NCBI GenBank assembly: GCA_040954595.2
Contig: CM082597.2
Span: 974,886-1,038,885 of the forward strand
DNA: 64,000 nt
Source: Balanoglossus misakiensis
Taxonomy: Eukaryota; Animalia; Hemichordata
Reading direction: 5' to 3'
The notes under the pieces were generated by a model. That model had not been told where the DNA came from and did not search any database. It saw only the letters and a program-made list of their open reading frames with translations. The stretch's first letter is position 1. Each line of letters starts with the position of its first letter. Positions 39,301-51,300 of this stretch are shown here, piece by piece. A program made the position numbers and the translations under genes.

Positions 39301-42300
39301 ACGATTATTCCACACCAAAGGTTTTAACTTTCACCCTTAAGAGTAGAGTAACTTTGCACCAAAATACGAAGATCTCATGAAGTTCGGAAAAACGGGAAAA
39401 AATCAACCTTGACAAGATTAGTTTTGAATAAATGTTTTGAGAACAATTCTGGCCCTTCTTCTCCAGATTTCTATAAATAATACCACTATGCAACAACTTT
39501 AACGGTTTCAAATGTACGGGTATTTCAGTTGAAATTTTGTCTATTTATGTAAGTGAAACAACAATGTTCTCTCCCTAACAACACTACCACGGATTTAAAA
39601 TAAACAAAACAACAAACATTTATCGGAGATAATGGAATGGAATGAGATGAGATGTGGACGCTACCTGTGGGACCATAGGGTGGTGGGCTATACATACTAG
39701 CTTTGGGATTATTTTCACTCGTCCTTCGAGGAATAATCTGTCGGATACGACTTCCTTTGTCTTTCTTCTTCTTCCCTTTACATTGCTCATACACACTGTC
39801 AATACAGTTGGCTTTGTGGACATTGTATTCGCAACCTGTGGGAGAAGAATTTGAAGAGATTTCAGTGTGATGGAGTGTGAAAGGCAAGATGGTGGACATG
39901 AGTACATATGCGTATTTCATTAGTTAGTTGTCAGTCTTACCATCTGTAGATGTATTTTATTATTGAATTAAAGTTTGGCATATTAGTTGTGACTTACTTT
40001 GACACTGGTAACCTTGGTTACCGATACCCCACAGCAACTCATTGCAATAATTGCAGAATGTTGTGGAATGGTAGTGTATCAAGACAAAATGATGACCTTT
40101 GACTTGAAGTGCCTGCAAGACAGGAGGTATCAGTGGTTAAAGAGGAAAAGTCACTTACGTTTGACTTTCAACTCTTATTAAAGGGACACGAGAGTGTTCA
40201 AATCACAGATGTAAACAGCAAACATGCAAATGAATGTCATCACATCAAACTTAACCAATGACAGCCAGAGAAGAGTGTTATCAGCCAAGAAAATGTATGT
40301 GTCCATATGGGCCACCGTACCTTTTTATTCTTGAGTTTAAACTTCTGTTTGTCTCTGGCAGTGAAGCTCTGTAGTCTCTCCAGAGGGCTGTTATTTTGAA
40401 CTTTGACCCCATTCTGCTTCATGAACGTTGTCAGGGACGACGCCAATGCTATATTTTTGTTGTCCCTCTCTGCCTCTGGCCTGAAGCGGAAAAAAAGAAA
40501 TAAGAATCAATTTTATCTGCTGAACAAAAATACTGAAAATAAGCCAAAAGTTACAGCTAATGTCCCTTTAACCAAGACTTACTCTGTTAATCTTTCCAAA
40601 TGAGGCATCAATGCCTTCTCAATGATCTGTGCTTCTCGATTTTTCTCTAAATATTCATCCAGATGTTCCTCTCCGTAGAGATTCCCCAGACCCATCGATC
40701 GTTTACTTCTGTAGTCAGCCAAGTGTTCCCGTACTTCTTCAGCTGCTACCTGTCGCGGTTGGATGAAAACATTTCGCATCGCTTCAATCTGGTCGTTTTT
40801 CTGTGTGATTATAGCATCTACAGATGAAGAAAGAAAGATCTTGGTTACAAAGCTGACACTGACATCTTTTCAAACCTAATATTCACTTTGCGATCGACTT
40901 CTTGAGACAAATAACTGACATTTTATACACCGTGTAAACTCTTACAAGAGGAATGTTGCTTCTAAGTGGCGTCAAAAAGAGGGTAGCCGGAATTTTAATT
41001 TGGAAAGTTTGAAACAAGCAATTAAAAGAGGGATACTCACCCACACTGTAGACTATTGCATCATCAACATTTATTCGCAAAGGCTGCAAGAGTGAAAAAA
41101 ATTGATTAGTCGTGTAAATGTTGCTAGAATCAAAGAGACCATTTTCTGAACTCCATGAGATCTTGCGAGATTTAAGACGCTGCTGACCATTAGAATATTC
41201 GAAAGTACTTACAGCAGAAGAGGCCAAGAAAGTTGAGGAGATTTCATAGGCCCATTTCTTCATTTCCTTCAAACTCCCAGTACTGTAACTGTCCGTGACC
41301 AAGTAGAAAAACTGTCAAAAAATATGAAATAGAGGACAACATTAGAGAAACGTTTGGCAAATATGCTCCAGAACTATCGTACATTCACCGCCATGGTTCA
41401 GTCCAAATTCATTTCAACACCCACTGGTATGTATTGGTGATGTGAATGTGGGCACAAAACTCCAGTAGACTGTGCTCTGTCATGGCTACTTAAAGTGCAC
41501 CCACATCCGTGGATAGGTCTTACGAATAGTGAACAATACACATAACATGACACAATGTGTTACAATAAAGAGAATGTTAAAAATATCCTTGACAAGTTAT
41601 ATTTAGCCGATCAACACAGGAACAAGTATAAGGCCACTTGTGTGACCTCTGTGTGACCCATAGCTGGTTATTTTTGTCGCGAGACAGTCACGCAACAGCG
41701 CAGGAAGCAATACATGAATTCATGTGACGTCCTACATTCTGATAGTAGATGAGTTATTTGTAACAATGAGCATGACAACAACTGAACAGCATGGTCAACT
41801 GTTGCAGAATTCTTAACGGAAATGGGAGACGTATGTTGGTGAAAGACCCAGCTTAAGGTCACACTGGGTCACAACAATGAGGGAAGAGGGGAGGACAGTC
41901 TGTGTACTCACCACAGCTGAAGGGTCACTATTTGATATCAGGTAATTGATGAGGACAGCCATATGCGCAGGTTTCTTTTCCAATTCTTCGAGGCTGTTGA
42001 ACGGACCGTGATCTCGTGGCTGTTGAATCAAAACAAACAAAACACTTTGTAACAAAAGCTGTTTTTATTCTGTGGCTCTGGACGACACAGTCCGTCTGTA
42101 GCGATCTGCTTCAAAATCTTGAAGCTAGCAACTCAGAAAAGGCCCCAAATCATTGTTTTCAAGTACCAAGCAAAAACAGCAATTAGGTATTAAAAGTTAT
42201 GAATACAAAAATAAAGATTACCCCAATGAGAATCAAATGTACAGTACAGATTAGACAGAATCTAGCATACTACTTACACGCTGCTGGAAGCTTTTTGATA

Positions 42301-45300
42301 CAAGATATGCTAAGGTTACGGTCAATGTATGCTAAATGCAGTGCCAGAATTTCGCTAGATTTTACTCTATCTGTACTGCAGCACAGGTCAAACACATTCT
42401 ATAGCAACCAAGTCATATCAAAGTCAACACGCATGCTTCAAACAGTGCAATCATAAATTTGCCATCATTAGTGAAAAACATACAATCTCATATACCAGGC
42501 CCGACACACTTTTATCTTCCAAGCATCCGAGAAATCAACCTCAAATTCCTGGAAACTTAGAAGGAATAGTGCGACAAAATATGCGCTGAGGTGGCTTGCT
42601 ATGTACCGGCACATTGCCAGCATTTTGCAAAGTTGCACTATACCTGTACTTTAGAGTAAGATATGAACAGAAGACTTTACTTTTGGGGAGAACTGCTTTT
42701 TACATCAAGGTGATAAAGTTACCCAAATGAGCATAATTTATAGCAACAGTGGCATAACTGTTTATTTATCTTACATAGTGATTCCCCCTTGATCATGCTG
42801 GAATACACCATCCTCCATGTAAACCATCATTAAAATAAAATTAATAAACCAACTCATGCTGCTCTTAGTGAAAAGTAAATAATGCACAGAAATATTTGGA
42901 AGTATTTTCGTATCAACAGCTTTTAGATCAGTGCTTTCAATGCATGCAGGAAAATTATTTGAGATTATCTGAGAATGCCACAATTGCCAAAGTTCATACC
43001 TGAAAATTTGATAGGATCTGTAAACCAAGAACAAAAATCTGATAAAGTTTGTATCGAAACCCATGTAAAAATATTTACATACATGTACCTGCAAAACATA
43101 CCTGCATACACAGTACAGACATACATACAACATACATACACGCACACACACATATACATACATATGTACATACATGTACATTCAAATGTTGACCAATAAT
43201 ATCATTAGACTAACACATCTAACTGAGCTGTTGCAATATAAACTTTAACCCCCATTAAGACCAATGATTTCATAAAAGTCCTGAGAAGTTGCCACACTTA
43301 CTGGTTCGTCTTCATCTTGAAATTCATCGTCTTCCATGGACATGATCGTTGGACCTGGTCCAATATCGTGTGCATACGGCTCTGATGAGTGACCCAGTGG
43401 TTCTACTGTGTTCACAGTGGCAGTCTGTAACATAGGACCTGCTGAGTCTACAAAGTCACTGGCAGGCGACCTATCCACCTCCAATGGTGACACCTGTAGT
43501 ATAACAGCCGGATAAATCACAAAGTTTGTTAAAAGGAGACACTTCTTGGAAAGTCAACCAACGGAATTCTGTGATTTCACTTAAATAATTTTAGAAATCT
43601 CTAGAACAAATTGTTGGAGTCCAGTAGTAATTTTCAAGTTGCAGAATAACTGCACCTCTTGGGATAAAATTAACACGAGTACAAATATTAAACCCATGTA
43701 CTCTGAATTCTACTTTTCTAGCATACACACACTTTTATTTCACCAGTATGTGAATATCTCCAAACTAGGTTACAATACGTGTAACCAGGCAAAGTTCAAC
43801 TTCACCGCAACCAAACCAACTGGTAATTATAATCTGTACGGCACACAAAACACTTTGTAAACCAAGATCAATGGCAAATGGTCTTTGTTCATTTGACCTT
43901 GTGGTATTATATCGTCAAATGTTACAACCGGCAACCACAGATGCCAATGTAACCCTACAACTTGAACCTGACCCGACCTCCACCAAGGTCATTACAGTGT
44001 TCAATCACCTTCTCATCACGAAAAATCCCTTCCAACAGTTCCACACGGGAAATTACTGTTTTCCAGAATATTTCGAACGCAACAGAAATCTCTTGAACTC
44101 TCGATCTGAATTTAACACCAGCTGTGGTCAAAGCTAGCCACAACGAGAGAGAGAGAGAGAGAAATGATGATATAAGCCAAGTGTTTATAAACTTGACACA
44201 GTGCCAAGATATTGACCACTGCCAAGGGGTGAAACGCTACAGCCACAGTTTCTCCGTTCTCACCTGTTCAACCCACGGGTCGTATTCGCACTCACAGCTA
44301 CACTGACACGCTGAATTCATCGGTAAACCATCTCTGGCAAGACAGACGAATGTCATGAGCGAGGCCGTGGTGATCATCGGCACCAAAATCTCGACCCTCT
44401 TATTTTTCTCTCTCTCCTTCTCTGCCGGAACGTCACAGCCTGACTACACCTTCTAAAATTAGCCAACAGTAACCTATGACATCATGGAGCCCACGTCAAC
44501 TCAGGTATGTTATGCTTAGGAGAATTCCAAATTGACACACGAAAGCAAGAATTTCCACCCACACGCATTCAAGAGAATATTTAGTGAACACAAACACAAA
44601 CTTGAAACAGTGCAAGTTTGATACTAAATTCAGAATAAGAACAAACAACTGCAAAAATGTCTGAATTTGGACAAAAAACGTGAATGCGGAATTTTGAGAT
44701 GCCCCCTTGAACAGAAACAGTGTTTATATTGTGCAAAGGCAGCATAGGCACTGCAAGGCCCAGGTAATCTCTATAGACACAGTATAGCATTACACCTAAG
44801 CCTATCCATTACACACAGAATGACCAACACAAAACTACCTCAGGCTGAATAATAAATATGGCGACGAGTGTCGAGGTCAGATGCCTGGCAGCACCAAAAC
44901 AACTTCTTAATGAGGCCTACTCAAAAATAGCATTTTGCCAACTTCTGGCCTAAAATCAGCTTTGTGACCTACTTAATAGACAGCTAGGGTTGAGATTGTC
45001 ACTGTGTGTTGATCTCAGTTTCACAAAATTAATGAAAACTATTTGTGTGATATTTTTGTGTGTGTGCATGTCTGTGGAAGCCCGTTCCTCTACAAATATG
45101 GCTACGTTGACTAATTACCCATGATGCTCTTCTCTTGTACAATTTTCCCGTTATTTGTACACTCTCTTGTCTAAGTGAACTACAACTTTCAATTAGAATC
45201 TCATGACAAAATGCATTTAATTGAAACTGAGAAAAAAGCCAGTACCGAGCCTGGCTGCTCTCCAAACTGTTCACCATCTGAGCTGAATAGTGATTTTGTA

Positions 45301-48300
45301 TTCTGATTGTTGGGAAAACGCACAGAACAGGTTGATGAACCCTTCTACGCACACACACACACACGATGTCCAGGCCACATCCACTGAACCCAGGACACCT
45401 CAAGTACTCAGAGAGAGAGTCCACTGTAAACAGCACACTTGCCATTCAAGAAAAGGAGTCGTGTTTGCCCTTCTCCTCAAGAGCTCCAGCAAACCGTCTC
45501 CAAACGCAAACTTGTCAATCACTGCGCAATTAAAGGCTTCTCTCATAGCCATCGCCACCCAGGTTGCGTGACAGAGGTGTACATATTCGCGTCGGTAGTT
45601 TGGTTTTAATATTAACATTCAAACAAAGACCCACTCAGATGCAACCACTGAGATGGTAAACACCCCTTCTTCATTCTGAAACAACCAGACCATCTTCGAT
45701 CATTTAACCCTTTCACCACCATGGTTCAGTCCAAATCAATTGTTTTCTATGGGAAGGTTGGATAGTTGTAGAGGGAACTGGGGGTGAAAGGGTTAAACAT
45801 CAGCAGTCATCTGTCAAACAAACACTGATGGACTCAAACTCCCCTACTTTTTCTCCATGGTCTGACCAAATAGCCATAACAGGGTCAGACCAAATTTTCC
45901 TGGTCAACAGGGGTGTAAGGTATAGAAGTGTCACTCACCTCATCAGTGCTTTGAAATGATGAATCCTGATGTTCATCATGACCGAACAAATTCACCTCTT
46001 GTGGCTCCATGGCTTCAAAGTCAGGCACTTTGTATTCTCCGTGTCTCTCTAACATCGCGTCTTGATCACTGTCACTGTCGTGCCCGACTTTTTCCACATC
46101 ACTCTGTAAAAATTTGCAGAGAAATTCAGAGATGAATTGAGGTGAATTTGACTGAAGAAATGTAAAACTGTATTCAGTATAGACAAGTTTCCAGATTACG
46201 CTAGATAGGATTTGGTTTACAACAGTTTTAACTGCGATAAACTTACATCGTGTTGTGATATATTTTCACCACTTAATTTTTGGTCACTGTCGCCAGTTGA
46301 CATGTGCGGCCTCTTGAATTTTTTGTCAGCAGCGTCAGAGAGATTCCTCTTGACAGTAACCCCTACGCCTGCCCCTGGTAGGTCAGATACCTCGTGGTAA
46401 AAGGTTTCTGGACTTGAATGCTGTCTTGTGTGGTGGGCTCCGTCCTGTAACTACATCAAATCCAATCATCATCATCATCATCATCATCATCGCCATCATC
46501 ATCATCATCATAATACTGGTCATAAAATATTTGAACTTTTTCATCAATTATAATTCAATTAACTTTCTTCAATTGGTGACAAGTCAACCAAATGACATCA
46601 GAAGATATGTTTTAATTTCATCAAAAATATTCTCCCTATAATCCTTGTTACAATCTAAGTTGTATAACATACAACGATAGAGGGTATCTTTACATCCCTT
46701 GCAAGTAAAGATTATCACGACCAAAGAGGGCGCCATATAGGTCTGACCAACCAGTTTGAGAATTATCTGTCACTAATTTTTCACAATTTTGCATAACTTC
46801 TTCCCAGGTTAAATAAAGAAGACAATCTTACCCAAGGAGCTGGTTGATATTTCAGTTCAACATTTTTACTCCATGGTTCTGTGTCGCTCTGGAAATAAGA
46901 AAAGACAACACGAAATCGTCAGCATTTTAGCATCATAGAAATTCTGATTGACACATCCCTTGTCTATCATCACCACTTTTTCTTCAACTAAAGGAGCATT
47001 TTAAGGTTTACTCAACTCACCATTCTGTACTGGAATCTCAACTCTCATCAATTCAAGCAAGACGTTATTTTTGCACTGACGCAAAACACATACGCTAGGA
47101 TCTCCAGATCACCTTAGATCTGACGAATAAACTCTGATCTTATCGCAGAGATGACTCAGAAAAAAGCATGTCTGTGACTATGCCTGACTCATTTCTCTGC
47201 TTAACATTCACATTGTGTAACTCCCCAGGCCATACAAAACATTATCAAGTCTGTAATATGCTGATAATGCATGTGAAATTGCCACGTCAATTAGGTTTCG
47301 CTTGATCGGATGCATGTATACCCATAATCGACGTTAAGTAGACTAGGCTGTCATAGACACTGTAGCTTCATTAGGCTGAAACCATTTTATCGGGGTAAAG
47401 CAAGACAGAGGAAGATGATGGTTCAATGAATGATGTCTCCGGTGTTTGATGCATATATGAATAAATATCCGTCAGAAAGAAATATGACATGCGATGAGGA
47501 ATGTACACCAGGCCAGGAAGTGACTTGAACATTTCAATAGAAGTCAAGTCTGACTTACGACATGTTAATTGATATTAATATGAAATATACCTAGAGCGAT
47601 GTAGCTACACCAACTGGCAGGTTATATTCATTCACAATTATTTTAGTTTTGACAGGGATATTGGAACCGAAGTGAATGCACTATTTGATGGTAATGTCAG
47701 TGAATGTTAGTGGTTGATAGTAATGTAAGGATATTCGTATAATAATATAAGTACCAAAGATGTACTTATGACATGTAGTAATGGTGGGCAAGTCAGAGTT
47801 AATCTGTTCGAAAGTTATTCAAGATTTAGTTACTTTCCAAGAATACTTCCAGAGACTGTTCAGGGCAAAAACACCGCCTCCACCAACAGACTCTACACCT
47901 CAAAACCCACCCATGCAAAAACGGTTAGTGCCCACCTTTCTCCTTCGTTTGAGAATGTTCAACAATTTCTGTTTGTTCTGTTAGTCAGTGTTAGCGCATA
48001 AAAAATGGAGAGAGGAGAGATTACAAAGGAAAAACTAGAGTTAAATTATGGCGGGGGAGAGGGTGAGACAGGTTAACATGGTAGGTTGATGGGAAGACAA
48101 GTGGCGCTATAGTCTTGATTTCCAGGCCAGGCTTGCTTTGGGTGAGACATGATTCAGTTGTAAAATTAAATAAAGAGTTCCTACATATCAGACAAACTAT
48201 TCTCACCTCTGAAACTTGCGCTGTGCTTTCTGGCGCAGACGTGGGCACGCCAGTCATCGGCATATGTTCGTCCTCTTCCAGTTCGGTCATCTGGAGTGCG

Positions 48301-51300
48301 TGCGCTTGTTCCGGACTACTTTCATACGTTGCATAACCTCCTTCGACGTACGCGCTCTCCGGTGTCGACATTTCAGTCGGATAGTGATCGACTGTGTACT
48401 CTGGATGTTCGGGTGAGGGCGCTGTTCTCGGCGGTGGCTCTGAGGGAAGTGGCGGGAGATGTTCGTCTTCGTGAACTTCGTGAACTGGAAATTGATTATC
48501 TTCGTGGTATTCTGGAATAATATCCTGGAAGCAGAAAGTTAAGACAACGAATGTTAAATCGGTCAATTAAACAACTCTTTTCTGCTGCCAACCACCTGAA
48601 ACTTGAACACATCTACAAGTGAAGTACTTCTGCGTAAACTATCTAGTTATTTATAATCATGCGAGAAGATGTATAAAATCTGGCTTAATAACATGGAGGT
48701 GTCCTGATTAGAGAGGTGTTCAAAATAACAGGTTTCACACATGTATCAGTATTGTAAATACTCAAGCAAAAAGTGGTACATATCTGGCTATTATGTGATC
48801 TGTCCAATGACATTTTTTTAATCAAAAGTGAAAAATAAAACTCCAGTACATTGTTAATAGTAATACATTGTTGATTACCATTATGCATGCCAAACCATAC
48901 CATACGTATATGTCATGCATTGCAAAGCAAGCTAACTATGGCAACCAAATGAGCGGCACAACCTGCATGCAAAACATTCTGTCTGATGTTGGTTTCAAAT
49001 TAAAATGCCAGCTATATCAACTGCAAACTGGTAATGACCGAACACCATGGGCATAAACTAATGCTGAAAGCAAAGAAAGCTGAATTGAATGTCATTTTGA
49101 ACATAATCTGGTCAAACGGAAGCACCTGATGTATTTTCTCTTTTGAAAGAGTGTAGCCACTTCTGCATTGTAGGGGAACTATCCCACTTCCCCATCATCA
49201 CCACACATATTTTCTCTCCCTTCCAATACAGCTATTTAAAGCGACAAAGTCTCTCTCTCACTGCCCCTTCCATTAATTATGTTTGATACAGGACACTGTT
49301 TATGTTATTCTGAGTAGATGAAAGTCAGATATGTGATGATATAGATGGATGAAACTCAGATGCACGTTAGTAGAAATTACACATGACACCATTCACAACC
49401 TGAATGTAGACCAATCCAAATATATCCATAGCAGTATATGGGTCAGCTTATCCGAGCATTAAGCTGTCAAATGAAGATCCAGAGCAGATCATACATTGGT
49501 TGCAGCCAGATAGATAGGGGTGGACTATCCAAAACAAATGTGAGTGGGGGGAGGAGATTAGTGGGGGTGGGGGGAAAGAGGGAGCACACTAAACAGACAA
49601 TATAGCCTCACTGGGAGGATTTGATTCTGGGGCTGTTGCAATTTACCTGAGACTGAGAGCAATGTATCGGAGAAGGAGGTGGCGATAGAGGTATGCCCGT
49701 CAATGCAAACACCTGCAGTCATAGAGAAGATGTATCATAGAATGCACATGACAACATAACAGGGTAACATTATCATTATGTGCACATGACGTGGATGTCA
49801 AAGATATAGAATGCACAAGACAACATAAAAGGGGAACATCATTATGTGCACATGACGTGAATGTCAAAGATATAGAATGCACAAGACAACATAAAGGGTA
49901 ACATTATGTGCACATGACATGTGAATCATGTCAGAGATATAGAATGCACATGGCAACATAACACTGGACAACAGTATGTGCACATGATGTGAACATAAGA
50001 AAGGGGGTAACTACATGGTACATGTCACTGAAAATTTCAAAATGTGGCGTTTGAGGGTATACTACTATGTGCACATAGTATATTGTGACATTGTAGCAAT
50101 GATTTTATGTTGGAATGAAAACTGATACATGTACATCACAATCATACCCGATTTCCTCCAAGCCAGTCATCATTCTATTTATTACACAACAAAGATTTTG
50201 AATTATCCTCATTTACTAATAATAATTGACAAGGCTTGCTTTAGTGGACAAAAGTTGATAAATCGCAGACAATCTTGCACAATAACGGCTGGTCAGATGT
50301 TGGTATTATGTGCGAAAACTGATACTTCACTACAGTTTAATATCAAGAGCATGACTTCAACATGTGCCTATGTTTCCATTAATCCACATAAATACTTAGA
50401 GTATGAATGTACAGTTTTGTGATTTGCAGTTTGAGTATAGTATGATTGCACTGGCCATGAATCTTAAAGTATGTCTGTGGTCTGTGTGAGTTACTCAGGG
50501 GGTCTTAATCTTAGTTTGACAAGACTAGGGTGACATATATAGTTGATGTTCATGCAGCAGAAGCATGTGACAAAGCTCATCACCTAGGGAGTCTGAAAAA
50601 ATACATCACTCAACTAGGGGAGCTAAACCTAGATGTACCCTGCCTAGGGGGCCATTTTATCTTTGCAGTTATAGTGGAATTTCACCAGTTATAAACAGGC
50701 AATTCCTGTTGACACAAAAACAAACTTCACCTGGAGTCTTAAAATTAAATTTCATGCACCTAGGGGTGAAGAACTAAACTTGACCTGTCTAGAGGGTCAA
50801 GAGTTAAACTTAACCTGTCTAGGGAGTCATTTTAAATTGAAGTCCATGCACATAGGGCGTGAAAAGCTAAACTAGACCTATCTAGGGAGTCATTTACATT
50901 TACCTTTGCTGCCATGGAAAGCCCAGTGAGATTGTGAAGCTGCTGCTCAAGCACTTTGACCCGCGTAGTAGCACCTTCTAACTCTTTTTTCAGCTTTTCT
51001 GAATGATTCTTTTGGAACTCGTCTCGGGTTTTCTGCGGACAAAAACGTCAACCAAATCAGTTTGGGTCATTCAGAAGATGAAAAGAATTAACCCTTTCAC
51101 CACCGTGGTTCAGTCCAAACCCATTCTTTCTTTTGGAAAGGTTGGACGGAACTGGGAGGTGAAAGGGTTAAAAGACAGAATTTTGGAGAAGAAGGGGAAA
51201 ACAAAGATTCTTTCTACACTAAAACAAATTGTGCAAGAATAAAATACAGCATGCCAGTGGGTCGAATTTTGCAAGCACTTTCATGCATTGACCAAAATAG

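Noticed and set aside
42771-43199. Cys/Val/Tyr-rich ORFs on both strands
   Set aside because: They derive from (CA)/(CATA) low-complexity intronic repeats.
45400-45618. ORF MAMREAFNCAVIDKFAFGDGLLELLRRRANTTPFLE as another alternative first exon
   Set aside because: The only nearby donor is a GC-type site in phase 2, incompatible with the phase-0 downstream acceptor.
46414-46641. Poly-Ile hydrophobic ORF resembling a membrane peptide
   Set aside because: It is the translation of the (ATC)n microsatellite.
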